A stretch of 64,000 nucleotides of DNA from Breoghania corrubedonensis (GCF_003053845.1 NZ_QAYG01000001.1:252078-316077); one strand, 5' to 3'. Numbered from the stretch's first letter, positions 30,638 through 40,104 are shown. The notes: generated by a model from the letters alone, not told the origin. Program-made: numbers and translations.

Positions 30638-30901
30638 CGATCCACCCAGCTCGGATACTATTGTTGGGCGCATGCCTCACTTGTTGCAAATATGCACCAT
30701 GTCTCAGCGTAAAGTGACAATTTCTCTGTAATAACTTGCAATGCGACCGGCGCGGCCATAAAAGCCGCCCTCCGTTCACCTGCCACGGCACGACAGCGGT
30801 TCAGGCTCTCGCCTGACCGGCGCGGTCGGCTCTGCCGTTCCCGTGTACCGACGGCCGCTGGCGTGAATGGATGAGAGTGTGCCCCACACGGCAACATGTC
30901 T

Positions 30902-30974
30902 CGCTGGATAGCTCAACTGGTAGAGCAGCAAACTCTGAATTTGCGTGTCGGGGGTTCGATTCCCCCTCCAACCC
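30902..30974 (+). tRNA. tRNA-Gln(CUG)-like gene with a non-pairing acceptor stem (possible pseudogene)
   Basis: Hand-folded. D-arm GCTC-AACTGGTA-GAGC. Anticodon arm GCAAA-CTCTGAA-TTTGC gives anticodon CTG with U33 and A37. Variable loop GTGTC. T-arm GGGGG-TTCGATT-CCCCC. The acceptor strands CGCTGGA and TCCAACC have mismatches at 1:72 (C.C) and 3:70 (C.A). Confidence 0.5.
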
Positions 30975-30991
30975 GGTACGGCGAAAGCCAA

Positions 30992-31016
30992 GCAGGTTCG
31001 AGTCCTGCAACACCCT
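30992..31016 (+). other. Orphan tRNA T-arm-like fragment (GCAGG-TTCGAGT-CCTGC plus AACACCC)
   Basis: A canonical GGTTCGAGTCC T-loop sequence 18 bp after the tRNA-like gene, with no matching 5' half. A candidate att/tRNA 3' remnant. Confidence 0.3.
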
Positions 31017-31427
31017 GTAACGGTGTTCCTGAAACAGCGGCCCGGGGGCCGATCTGTGACCGTCGGTCGGACCTTTCGCAAGCGCCGCAAGGCGCGGGCG
31101 GGAGCGAGGAGCGGCAGTCACCTTCGCCGGAGGCCGGCCTGCGGCTGACGGCAGATGCGCTTTAGCGCCGGGCGGAGAACCCATTGTTCCGAGCCCCGCG
31201 CAGGAGCCACGTCTGCCCGCTCGTCGCGGCCCGCCTTCGACCGATGTCGACCGGCCTTCGGGTCCATTTCATTTCGCCCTCGCGCACAAGCACGAGCGGC
31301 AATCCCCATTCCGCCGCGACCAAAACCGGCGGGGTATCCGTCCGTCCGGCAATGGTGCCGGCGGCAGACAGACGAAAGGACGTTGCAGCGCATGTCTTAG
31401 CGATGCTGACGACGAAGGAGAGTACCC

Positions 31428-32573
31428 ATGGTTATGAAGCTGATTGAGAGGCTGCTCGGTTTCGAGCGGCGTATCCTGACCGAGAGCCAGCGCGCCGTCG
31501 TGCTGTACAAGGGTCGGTTCATGGGGATCTACGGGCCGGGCGAACACCGGCTGCCGAACCGGGCGAACCGGTTGGTGGTCGAACTGCATGATCTCGCCCG
31601 GTCGGCATTCGTCTCCGCATATGACAAAGCGCTGTTTCGCGGGCGTCCCGAACTGGCTGATGAGCACCTTCTGGAGGTGCGCACGGGCGCGGACGAAGTC
31701 GCTCTCATCCTGCGTGACGGCCAGTTCTACGGCATCCAGAAGCCGGATGCCCGAATGGTCGTATGGCGCGATTGCGGGCCGTGGCATGTGGATCACCTCG
31801 ACGTGAGCGAGAGCCTCGTCGTGCCGAAGGGCACCGCACGACACGTGCTGGCGGCAGGCAAGTCCGCGCCCGTCAGCACCTTTGAGGTGGCACAGGGCCA
31901 GTGCGGCCTGCTCTTCATCGAGGGCGCCTACGTCGAGACGCTGTCGCCGGGGACTCACCTCTACTGGGACGTCGGCCGGAAGGTGCGTGCGTCGATCATC
32001 GACCTGCGTCGTCAGGCGCTGGACGTCGCGGGTCAGGAGATCCTGACCAAGGATCGCGTGTCGATCCGCATCAACCTGATGGCGGAATACACCGTCACCG
32101 ATCCGGTGAAGGCGGCGACCTCGGTCAGCGACTTCACGGCCGCGCTGTACCGCACCCTGCAGCTTGCCTTTCGCAAGGTGCTGGGCGCCCAGACCCTCGA
32201 CCAGATCCTGGCCACGAAGGCGGCGGTCGACGCCGAGGTGTTGGAAAAGGTGCGGCACGACATGGCTGAAATCGGCCTCAAGGTCGGCGAGATCGCGATC
32301 AAGGACGTGATCCTGCCGGGCGAGATGCGCGAGATCCTCAACCAGGTCGTCGCGGCCGAGAAGCAGGCGGAGGCCAACGTCATCCGCCGGCGCGAGGAGA
32401 CGAACGCGACGCGCTCGCTGCTCAACACCGCCAAGGTGATGGCCGAAAACCCGGTCATGCTGCGGCTGAAGGAGCTGGAGGCACTGGAAGGGATCGCCGG
32501 TAAGGTGAAGAGCCTGACGATCCACAACGGCACTCAGGGGCTGATGAACGACCTCGTCAGCCTGACCGAGTGA
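31428..32573 (+). CDS. SPFH/Band-7 domain protein without predicted transmembrane segment
   Basis: SPFH domain from about residue 150, with a C-terminal coiled-coil region (EKQAEANVIRRREE). GAAGGAGAG Shine-Dalgarno before the ATG. Confidence 0.8.
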   Translation: MVMKLIERLLGFERRILTESQRAVVLYKGRFMGIYGPGEHRLPNRANRLVVELHDLARSAFVSAYDKALFRGRPELADEHLLEVRTGADEVALILRDGQFYGIQKPDARMVVWRDCGPWHVDHLDVSESLVVPKGTARHVLAAGKSAPVSTFEVAQGQCGLLFIEGAYVETLSPGTHLYWDVGRKVRASIIDLRRQALDVAGQEILTKDRVSIRINLMAEYTVTDPVKAATSVSDFTAALYRTLQLAFRKVLGAQTLDQILATKAAVDAEVLEKVRHDMAEIGLKVGEIAIKDVILPGEMREILNQVVAAEKQAEANVIRRREETNATRSLLNTAKVMAENPVMLRLKELEALEGIAGKVKSLTIHNGTQGLMNDLVSLTE

Positions 32574-32622
32574 GATTGCGTTTCGCACATTACCTGCACC
32601 CCGATGGTGCTGACAAAGCAAA

Positions 32623-32662
32623 AGAAGGCCGCTTACCCTTGAGGATAGGCGGCCTTTCTCAT
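32623..32662 (+). terminator. Rho-independent terminator after the SPFH gene
   Basis: AAGGCCGCTTA...TAGGCGGCCTT stem followed by TTTCTCATT. Confidence 0.6.
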
Positions 32663-32805
32663 TCCGGCGTGAAATTCCGCCTCAAGGTGACTATAATTCA
32701 AAGGCCCGATATATGGGTAAATATTGACGTTGCCGTTGCGGATCATCAGTCTCCAGGTCGGATGCCTCCGCAATCCAGTAATTGCGAAGTCGCAGGAGAT
32801 ACGAG

Positions 32806-33828
32806 ATGCCGCGAACGATGAAAGCCGCCGTCGTCACCGCTTTCAACAAGCCATTGTCCATCGAGGAGATGCCGGTGCCGGAAATCGGACCGGACCAGAT
32901 CCTGATGAAGGTCGAGGCGAGCGGGGTCTGCCATACCGATCTGCATGCCGCGCGCGGGGACTGGCCGGTCAAACCGCAGCCGCCGTTCATTCCTGGCCAC
33001 GAAGGCGTCGGGTTCGTCGCGGCGGTGGGCAAGAACGTCAAGGGCATCCGGGAAGGCGACCGCATCGGCGTGCCGTGGTTGCACACGGCCTGCGGCCACT
33101 GCCCGCATTGCCGTACCGGCTGGGAAACACTGTGTCACGAGCAGCAGAACACCGGCTACTCGGTCAATGGCGGCTTCGCCGAATATGTCGCGGCCGACCC
33201 GGCCTATGTCGGCCAGCTGCCCGACACGCTGGATTTCGGCCCGGCCGCGCCGATCCTGTGTGCGGGCGTCACCGTCTACAAGGGGCTGAAGGAAACGGAG
33301 GTCAAGCCCGGCGAATGGGTGGCTGTGTCCGGCATCGGCGGGCTCGGCCATCTGGCTGTGCAATACGCCAAGGCCATGGGCATGCATTGCGCCGCCATCG
33401 ACGTGCATCCGCAAAAGCTGGAACTCGCGAGGAAACTCGGCGCGGATATCACGATCAACGCCGCGCAAGAAGATCCCGGCGAAGTCCTGAAGCGCGAAGT
33501 CGGCGGGGTCCACGGCGCACTGGTGACGGCCGTGTCCCCCAAAGCGTTCTCGCAGGCGATCGGCATGCTGCGGCGGCGCGGAACCATGGTACTCAACGGC
33601 CTGCCTCCCGGAGACTTTCCGCTTCCCATCTTCCAGACCGTACTCAACCGCATCACCGTGCGCGGATCCATCGTCGGCACGCGCCAGGATCTGGCCGAAT
33701 GCCTGGAGTTCGCCGGCGAAGGCAAGGTCGCGACCCACTTTTCGTGGGAGCCGCTGGAAGCGATCAACGACATCTTCCATCGCATGGAACAGGAAGCGAT
33801 CGACGGGCGCATCGTGTTGCAAATCTGA
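32806..33828 (+). CDS. Zn-dependent alcohol dehydrogenase (AdhP-like)
   Basis: GVCHTDLH zinc motif, GHEGVG, and the structural zinc Cys cluster (CGHCPHCRTGWETLC). AGGAGA Shine-Dalgarno before the ATG at 32806. Confidence 0.85.
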   Translation: MPRTMKAAVVTAFNKPLSIEEMPVPEIGPDQILMKVEASGVCHTDLHAARGDWPVKPQPPFIPGHEGVGFVAAVGKNVKGIREGDRIGVPWLHTACGHCPHCRTGWETLCHEQQNTGYSVNGGFAEYVAADPAYVGQLPDTLDFGPAAPILCAGVTVYKGLKETEVKPGEWVAVSGIGGLGHLAVQYAKAMGMHCAAIDVHPQKLELARKLGADITINAAQEDPGEVLKREVGGVHGALVTAVSPKAFSQAIGMLRRRGTMVLNGLPPGDFPLPIFQTVLNRITVRGSIVGTRQDLAECLEFAGEGKVATHFSWEPLEAINDIFHRMEQEAIDGRIVLQI

Positions 33829-33967
33829 AGCGGTGCATCGCGGAATGACCGGGGCGGACGCTCGCGATCTCCTCACGACAATGTTGGCGGGAGTTGATCA
33901 CGGCGAAATACCCGTAGACGCAGCGTAAGGATAGGGTGAAATCCTCTTTCACAGGGAGGATTTCACC

Positions 33968-34969
33968 ATGCCCGTTTTCCGCAAACCGCACGTATCCCGT
34001 CGCTCGATGCTGCAACTTGGCCTTTTTACGGGAGGCGCGGTCCTTGCCGCACCTTTCGTCCTTCGCGCCGCATCCGGGCCGGCGCGTGCCGAAGCGCCCC
34101 TGCTCGGCACTGCCCGGCCGGCCTTCAATCGCTTCAAGCTCGGCGCCTTCGAGATCACCACTGTCTTCGACGGCGGGATGGCACTCGACGGGCCGCATCC
34201 TATCTTCGGACAGGACCAGCCGGCGGGCGCGGTCGAGGCGCTGGCGGCGGAAAACCACCTGCCGCCCAAACGCATGGAGATCGGCTTCACGCCGGTCATC
34301 GTCAACACCGGAAACGAACTGATCGTCTTCGATACCGGCAACGGAGCGGGCCGGCGGCCGGCGGCCGGAAACTTCAGTGCGGCGCTGCGCGCGGCAGGTT
34401 ACCGGCCCGAACAGGTGGATACGGTCGTCATCACCCACATGCATCCCGACCATATCGGCGGGATCATGGAAAACGGGGGTCCGCTCTTTCCCAATGCACG
34501 TTATGTGACAGGCGCGCGCGAATACGATTTCTGGAGCTCCGACGACCGGCTCTCAGGGCCCACCGAAGGCGCTGCACGGCTGGTGCGCAGCAACGTGATG
34601 CCGCATGCCGACAAGATGACATTCCTGCAACCCGAAAGCGACGTCGCCACCGGCATAACCGCTGTGGAGGCCTATGGCCATACGCCGGGACACATGGCCT
34701 ATCATCTGGAAAGCGAAGGCAAACGCCTGTTGCTGTGGGCGGATACCGCAAACCATTTCGTGGTGTCCATCCAGAAGCCGGACTGGCACGTGCGTTTTGA
34801 CATGGACAAGGAGCAGGCTGGCCAGACGAGAAAGCGGCTGTTCGACATGGTGGCGGCCGAGCGAATTCCCGTCGCCGGCTATCACATGCCCTTCCCGGCC
34901 GTCGGCCATATCGAGAAGCAAGGCGGCGGATACCGTTGGGTGCAGGCTGCCTACGAACTCTATCTGTAA
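33968..34969 (+). CDS. MBL-fold metallo-hydrolase with Tat signal peptide
   Basis: Twin-arginine motif SRRSMLQLG and the HMHPDHIGG metallo-beta-lactamase motif. AGGGAGGA Shine-Dalgarno. Confidence 0.8.
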   Translation: MPVFRKPHVSRRSMLQLGLFTGGAVLAAPFVLRAASGPARAEAPLLGTARPAFNRFKLGAFEITTVFDGGMALDGPHPIFGQDQPAGAVEALAAENHLPPKRMEIGFTPVIVNTGNELIVFDTGNGAGRRPAAGNFSAALRAAGYRPEQVDTVVITHMHPDHIGGIMENGGPLFPNARYVTGAREYDFWSSDDRLSGPTEGAARLVRSNVMPHADKMTFLQPESDVATGITAVEAYGHTPGHMAYHLESEGKRLLLWADTANHFVVSIQKPDWHVRFDMDKEQAGQTRKRLFDMVAAERIPVAGYHMPFPAVGHIEKQGGGYRWVQAAYELYL

Positions 34970-35535
34970 AGCAGGTATCGCGAGGTGCTTCTCGGTCCCC
35001 AGACGGCAGCCGCATTCTGCGCCCATTCCGATGCGGAATGCGGCTGGCCCTTTCCGATCACGACCGGAAGAACAGATTTGAGACACAATCTCCTGTGCCT
35101 TCGCCCTGTCGCGCCTGAGCACCGGGCAACGCCCCTCTCCTGAGGTGCCTGCGCGAACAGCAAGAACCGTTGCGTCAATCTGTGCGCTTCAATCCACACA
35201 TTACGGCCGCAGAATATTTCCTAGAGCTTCCATCTTATGCGCGTATTGTGATGTCAGTTACATCTGTGACGTCGAAAACCGACTAGAAAGGTTCAGTTTT
35301 CGGCTGAAACCTGCAGGTTCGAAACAGGTTCGGCAACGATGCAGCCCGCTCAGGCGTTTGTGTCCGGACCGAACGGTTTCACGCCGACATCGCATAACGG
35401 CGCTCGGATGTAGCCCGACGTTCGCCCGACAAGGCCTCAAGGCCCAGCACTGTCGGGTTCCGGTTCACGATCCGGCATCAAGGTGACAGGACGGCATTCG
35501 CCCTTCGCGTACGATTTTTGAAAGGGAGAGAACCA

Positions 35536-35946
35536 ATGAGATTGGGACTATTGCGACGTATATTGGCACCGGCTGCCATTTTGGCCGCCGTTGTCACGGT
35601 CACGCCGGCGGGCGCGTCAACACAAAGCCCGATGACGACATCAACAGAAACGAAACTCGATGTGGAGGCTGCCGCTCTTGTTGGCATGCCCGTCGTCGGC
35701 CAGGAAGAAGGCACGTACCAACTGGCCCAGTGGGGACCCCCGCCGCCACGCTGGCGCCATCGCCGCCCGCCGCCGCCGCCGCGCTGGCGCCATCGTCGTC
35801 CGCCGCCGCCGCCTGCCTATTACCGCGGCCGGAGGGGACACGTGGACTGGTGCCTGCGGAGATATCGTTCCTACAACCCAAGGACCGACATGTTCATGGG
35901 TTATGATGGACGGCACCACCGCTGCAGAAGCCCGTACTGGCGCTAA
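35536..35946 (+). CDS. BA14K family protein with Pro-rich repeats
   Basis: The C-terminal region CLRRYRSYNPRTDMFMGYDGRHHRC resembles the BA14K signature. Signal peptide present. GGGAGAG Shine-Dalgarno. Family call from memory. Confidence 0.75.
   Translation: MRLGLLRRILAPAAILAAVVTVTPAGASTQSPMTTSTETKLDVEAAALVGMPVVGQEEGTYQLAQWGPPPPRWRHRRPPPPPRWRHRRPPPPPAYYRGRRGHVDWCLRRYRSYNPRTDMFMGYDGRHHRCRSPYWR
35738..35818 (+). repeat. Tandem roughly 33 nt repeat encoding PPPPRWRHRRPPPPP, two copies
   Basis: Seen directly: ccgccgccacgctggcgccatcgccgcccg repeated with minor changes. Confidence 0.6.
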
Positions 35947-35967
35947 GACGCGGCAATAGCGATAACC

Positions 35968-36000
35968 AACAGGCCGGAGGGCAGCCCCTTCTGGCCTGTT
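35968..36000. terminator. Hairpin terminator between convergent BA14K and glycosyltransferase genes
   Basis: AACAGGCCGG...CTGGCCTGTT inverted repeat. Confidence 0.5.
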
Positions 36001-36083
36001 GCCATTTCAAGGGCAGCGAAGCGCCCGGCCATCAGGCAAGCCCCAGCCGCTTGCGCGCCCCCCAAATCGCAGCCACAGTCAGA

Positions 36084-36797
36084 TCAGTGCATCGAAGTGC
36101 CCACAAGTCGGCCGATCACCGGAGCTGGCACGCGCAGAAAAAACAGCACCATCCCGAGCCCCTGGCGAAACCTGCTTTTCGAGGGGGCGGTCTCTGGCCC
36201 CAGGCGACGAACGGCGCGGATGGGTAGATGCGTCATGCGACGCCGCCCGATACGGCGGACGAGATCGGCATCCGCCAGCGGCGCTTTTGGATTGTGCCCC
36301 CCGATCCGCTCGTAGAAGCGGCGCGAGAGCAACAATCCCTGCCGGGCGGTGCCGATGCCGAGAATGCGCGAGCGCAGCCACGAGACCTTTTCCGCGACCC
36401 GCGCCTTGAAACCAAGATCGTCATTTGCCGCGCGAAAACAGGCCGCCTGCCGGTCACCTCTGCCGGATCTCTCCGCCCGCTCGACGAACTTCGAGACCTC
36501 GCGGTACCACCCCGGATCAAGTACCGTATCGGGTTCCAGGAAAAGCAGCCACTCGCCACGTCGCGCCGCTTGCGCCCCGGCAAGAAGGCGGGCACCACGC
36601 GTGCCTTTCGCCCCCACCCACCGGCACCCTGCGGCGTCGGCGATCTCTTCCGTCATGTCGCTCGACCCGGCATCGGCGACGATGACTTCGCGAACGACCC
36701 CTTCCGCCGAAGCAGGCACCAGCGCAGCCAGCGCCTCCACCAGCGTCGCCTCGTTGTTGAACGTGGATATGACAACAGCAAACATGTCATCTTTCAT
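36084..36797 (-). CDS. Family 2 glycosyltransferase
   Basis: GT-A fold motifs (VVISTFNNEATL, DAGSSD, a DXD-like LEPD motif). Confidence 0.75.
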   Translation of the reverse strand: MKDDMFAVVISTFNNEATLVEALAALVPASAEGVVREVIVADAGSSDMTEEIADAAGCRWVGAKGTRGARLLAGAQAARRGEWLLFLEPDTVLDPGWYREVSKFVERAERSGRGDRQAACFRAANDDLGFKARVAEKVSWLRSRILGIGTARQGLLLSRRFYERIGGHNPKAPLADADLVRRIGRRRMTHLPIRAVRRLGPETAPSKSRFRQGLGMVLFFLRVPAPVIGRLVGTSMH

Positions 36798-36892
36798 AGC
36801 ATTCTTTGTTTCGCATTTGCGAGATACCTTGCCGCACTTGCGCCCCATATTATGTTCTTGATTTGTTCCTTTTCGGGCCCTATCTTTCCCAA

Positions 36893-38038
36893 ATGACCCG
36901 CCATCAACCTCACCATCGTGAAACGGACGTCCCCCCGCCGACGGCGCTACCCGAGGGTGGCGAGGACTTGCGCATCGACGCGGAACGGCGACGCGGGCGG
37001 GCCGCAGCGCTGAACATGCCGGGGCGTTTCGAGACCGAGGCGCGGGAGATCACGGACGACGGATGGGGCAGCGCGGATGATCTGCCGCCGTTCAAGACCG
37101 AAGTTCAGGTGGAAGCGGCGCGAAAGATAATCACGCGCAACGATTCCCCCGACATCGCCTTCGACCGCTCCATAAATCCGTATCGTGGGTGCGAGCACGG
37201 TTGCATCTATTGCTTTGCCCGCCCGACCCACGCCTACATGGGCATGTCGGCGGGGCTCGACTTCGAGACAAAGCTGTTTGCCAAGCCGAACGCGGCGGAG
37301 TTGCTGGCGCGGGAAATTTCTGCCCCCGGCTACAAGGTGAAGACGATCGCGATCGGCACCAACACCGATCCCTACCAGCCGATCGAACGGCGGATGCGGA
37401 TCATGCGCGAGATACTGGAAGTGTTGCAGCGTGCGCGGCATCCCGTCGGCATCGTCACCAAGTCCGCGCTGGTGATCCGCGATATCGACATTCTGTCGGA
37501 GATGGCGAAGGAGGGCCTTGCAAAGGTCGCTCTGTCGGTGACAACGCTGGACCGCAAGCTTGCGCGTGCCATGGAGCCGCGCGCGGCGACGCCTTCGCGG
37601 CGATTGGAAGCAATCGCCGCGCTTACGCAGGCCGGCATTCCGACATCGGTGATGGTCGCGCCGATCATTCCCGCACTCAATGATCACGAGATCGAGCGGA
37701 TCCTCGACGCGGCGCACGCACAAGGGGCGTGCGAGGCCGGCTACATTCTCGTTCGGTTGCCACACGAGGTCAGCCCGCTCTTTCGCGATTGGCTGCTGCG
37801 CAACTATCCCGACCGCTACAGGCGGGTGATGTCCGTGCTTCAGACCATGCGCGGCGGCAAAGACTACAACGCGGAATGGGGAAAGCGCATGCATGGCGAC
37901 GGTCCCTATGCGTGGCAGCTTGGCCGACGTTTCGAGCTGGCGGCAAACCGGCTTGGTTTCAACAAGCGCCGAAAACGTCTGCGCACGGATCTGTTCGTTC
38001 CGCCGCTGAAGGGAGCCGTGCAACTGAGCCTGTTCTGA
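36893..38038 (+). CDS. Radical SAM protein, PA0069 family (SplB-like)
   Basis: Radical SAM cysteine motif CEHGCIYC plus a C-terminal PA0069-family region. Start chosen at MTRHQP. Confidence 0.8.
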   Translation: MTRHQPHHRETDVPPPTALPEGGEDLRIDAERRRGRAAALNMPGRFETEAREITDDGWGSADDLPPFKTEVQVEAARKIITRNDSPDIAFDRSINPYRGCEHGCIYCFARPTHAYMGMSAGLDFETKLFAKPNAAELLAREISAPGYKVKTIAIGTNTDPYQPIERRMRIMREILEVLQRARHPVGIVTKSALVIRDIDILSEMAKEGLAKVALSVTTLDRKLARAMEPRAATPSRRLEAIAALTQAGIPTSVMVAPIIPALNDHEIERILDAAHAQGACEAGYILVRLPHEVSPLFRDWLLRNYPDRYRRVMSVLQTMRGGKDYNAEWGKRMHGDGPYAWQLGRRFELAANRLGFNKRRKRLRTDLFVPPLKGAVQLSLF

Positions 38039-38091
38039 CAAGCAACGCACAGGCCGACAAGGGGATAACTGGGCGCGCCGCTTGCCCGCAA

Positions 38092-38790
38092 ATGCAAGAG
38101 CGCTACAGTCGCGCGATGGTTCGTTCTCCCGCATCCCCCAACAGCTCTCTCTCTCGCAAGAAGCTGCTGCCGACGCTTTTGCACGAAAAGCGGCTGGCGC
38201 GGCAGCACCACGGGCTTGTCGCGGGAATAGACGAGGCCGGACGCGGCCCCTGGGCGGGACCGGTCGTCGTTGCCGCCGTCATTCTCGATCCGCGCGCCAT
38301 TCCCGAGGGCCTCAATGATTCGAAGAAGCTGAGCGAGGAACGGCGCGAAGCGCTCTATGGCACGATCCTCTCGCAAGCCAACGTCGGTATCGTCCTGGCG
38401 TCGCCCGCGCGCATCGATGCGATGAATATCCGTGCCGCGACGCTGTGGGCCATGCGTGGCGCGCTCTGCGCACTTTCGCAACGCCCCGCGGCCGCGCTTT
38501 TTGACGGACGCGACGTTCCCGATGGCTTGCCGTGTCCCGGCGAGGCGCTGATTGGCGGCGATGCAGCGTCGCTCTCCGTCGCAGCCGCCTCCATCGTCGC
38601 CAAGGTCACCCGTGACCGGCTGATGGTGCGCCTCAGTGAGGAATTCCCCGGCTACGGTTTTTCCGCGCACAAGGGGTACGGCACGCCCCAGCATCAGGAC
38701 GCGCTGGCGCGGTTCGGCCCGTGTCCGCACCACCGCTGCTCCTTTGCCCCCATAAGAGCGCTTCTGGAGGCTTCAGGAGCGCCGACGTGA
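38092..38790 (+). CDS. rnhB: Ribonuclease HII
   Basis: GIDEAGRGPWAGPVVVAAV and DSKKL motifs. The track ORF starts inside the radical SAM gene. The real start is probably ATG 38092 or 38116. Confidence 0.85.
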   Translation: MQERYSRAMVRSPASPNSSLSRKKLLPTLLHEKRLARQHHGLVAGIDEAGRGPWAGPVVVAAVILDPRAIPEGLNDSKKLSEERREALYGTILSQANVGIVLASPARIDAMNIRAATLWAMRGALCALSQRPAAALFDGRDVPDGLPCPGEALIGGDAASLSVAAASIVAKVTRDRLMVRLSEEFPGYGFSAHKGYGTPQHQDALARFGPCPHHRCSFAPIRALLEASGAPT

Positions 38791-38942
38791 GCGCCCGCCC
38801 CCTGCTGCGATGTGCGCAGCCCGCCCGGTGGTCACGGTCTCACAGCCGTAGCGATCTCCGGCGCCGGCCCTGTACCGCTGCCAAGTTGCGCCGGCGAGTT
38901 CGTGAAGAGGTAGGCACAGCTCCCGGCGGCATGCTCCAAACG

Positions 38943-38978
38943 AAAAAGGCCGCCGGCTTTTCAAGCCGGCGGCCTTTT
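38943..38978. terminator. Strong bidirectional intrinsic terminator
   Basis: AAAAAGGCCGCCGGCTT-ttc-AAGCCGGCGGCCTTTT, a perfect 16 bp stem with A and T tracts on both sides. Lies between the convergent rnhB and atpF. Confidence 0.7.
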
Positions 38979-39023
38979 GAAAAATTCCGTAACTGCCAAG
39001 CCAATGGCCCGCAATCGCGCAGA

Positions 39024-39503
39024 TCAGTTGATCCGGCTTCCGACTTCCTTGATGCTGTCGGCAAGCAGCTTTTCGGCAACCTTGCCGGTAACCTTCGCCT
39101 CAAGGATCTTCTCGGCGGCCGCGACTGCGACATCGGTCGCGCGTGCTTTGACCTCGGCCATCGCCTGGCTTTCCGCCATTGCGATCTTGGTTTCGGCAAG
39201 CCTGGTACGGCGTTCGATCATCTCGTTGAGCGCAGCCTCCGTCTGAACGGTCAGAAGCTCGGCTTCGCGACGGGCTTCGGCGACGATCGTCTCCGCCTCT
39301 TCCTCCGCCTCGCGATGCTTGCGCTGATAATCGGCGAGCAGCGCCTGGGCTTCCTCGCGCAACCGGCGCGCTTCCTCGAGTTCCTTGCGGATACCGTCGG
39401 CGCGGTCGTCAAGCGCGGACGTGATCTTTCCCGGCACCTTTGCCCAGATGACAATGCCGATGAAAATGATCAGACCGACCAGAGCCCAGAATGTTTGATC
39501 CAT
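39024..39503 (-). CDS. atpF: F0F1 ATP synthase subunit b
   Basis: Single N-terminal transmembrane helix plus a long charged helix. Confidence 0.9.
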   Translation of the reverse strand: MDQTFWALVGLIIFIGIVIWAKVPGKITSALDDRADGIRKELEEARRLREEAQALLADYQRKHREAEEEAETIVAEARREAELLTVQTEAALNEMIERRTRLAETKIAMAESQAMAEVKARATDVAVAAAEKILEAKVTGKVAEKLLADSIKEVGSRIN

Positions 39504-39516
39504 GGTTGGCGTGTCC

Positions 39517-40104
39517 TCAGCTCATCGAGGCCGAAACGGCCTTGGACGTCTCGGTCTTCGTGGGCGCCTTGCCGAGCAGAGACTCGACCAGAGCATTCGT
39601 TGCCTCGTTGGCGATCTCGCCAACATCGGCCAACGCGGCTTCCTTGATGCCGGAGATCCGCTTTTCGGCTTCTTCCAGCTTCGCGTTCAGGTCCTTCTCA
39701 ACCGCGGCGCGCTTTGCCTCGGTTTCTCCCGCAAGCTTGTCACGGGTCGCCTGTGCGATGCCCCCGGCCTTCTGGCGGGCTTCCGCCAGCGCCTGTTCGT
39801 AGGACGCGATCGCGACTTCCGTTTCCTGCTTCAGCCGGCCGGCTTCAGCAATATCGCTGGCGATACGGTCACGGCGATCCTCAAGAATACCACCGATGCG
39901 CGGCAGCGCCATCTTCGACATCATGTAGTAGAAGGCGCCGAAAGTGATGGCCAGCCACAGAAGCTGGGAGGGAAACGTCTCGCCGTTGAAAGGCGGAAAC
40001 ATTGTCTGCGCATGCCCACCGTCGTGCGGCACTTCGGTGTGCGCCGTCGTCGCGCCGTGTCCGGCGGACGTCTCGTTCGTTTGAGTCTCTTGAGCCTGAG
40101 CCAA
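39517..40104 (-). CDS. atpG: F0F1 ATP synthase subunit b'
   Basis: Second b-type subunit with an N-terminal extension, typical of alphaproteobacteria. Confidence 0.85.
   Translation of the reverse strand: MAQAQETQTNETSAGHGATTAHTEVPHDGGHAQTMFPPFNGETFPSQLLWLAITFGAFYYMMSKMALPRIGGILEDRRDRIASDIAEAGRLKQETEVAIASYEQALAEARQKAGGIAQATRDKLAGETEAKRAAVEKDLNAKLEEAEKRISGIKEAALADVGEIANEATNALVESLLGKAPTKTETSKAVSASMS

Noticed and set aside
30640-31430. Possibility that the tRNA-like pieces belong to a two-piece alphaproteobacterial tmRNA (ssrA)
   Set aside because: No tag-peptide reading frame (ANDN...AA*) is present anywhere in the region, and the anticodon arm is a normal tRNA arm.
36228-36896. 222 aa plus-strand ORF overlapping the GT2 gene
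   Set aside because: Antisense to a clear glycosyltransferase. No domain.
37729-38091. Track start of the rnhB ORF inside the radical SAM gene
   Set aside because: It would overlap the radical SAM CDS by 310 bp in another frame. RNase HII similarity begins only near 38110, so a downstream ATG was chosen.
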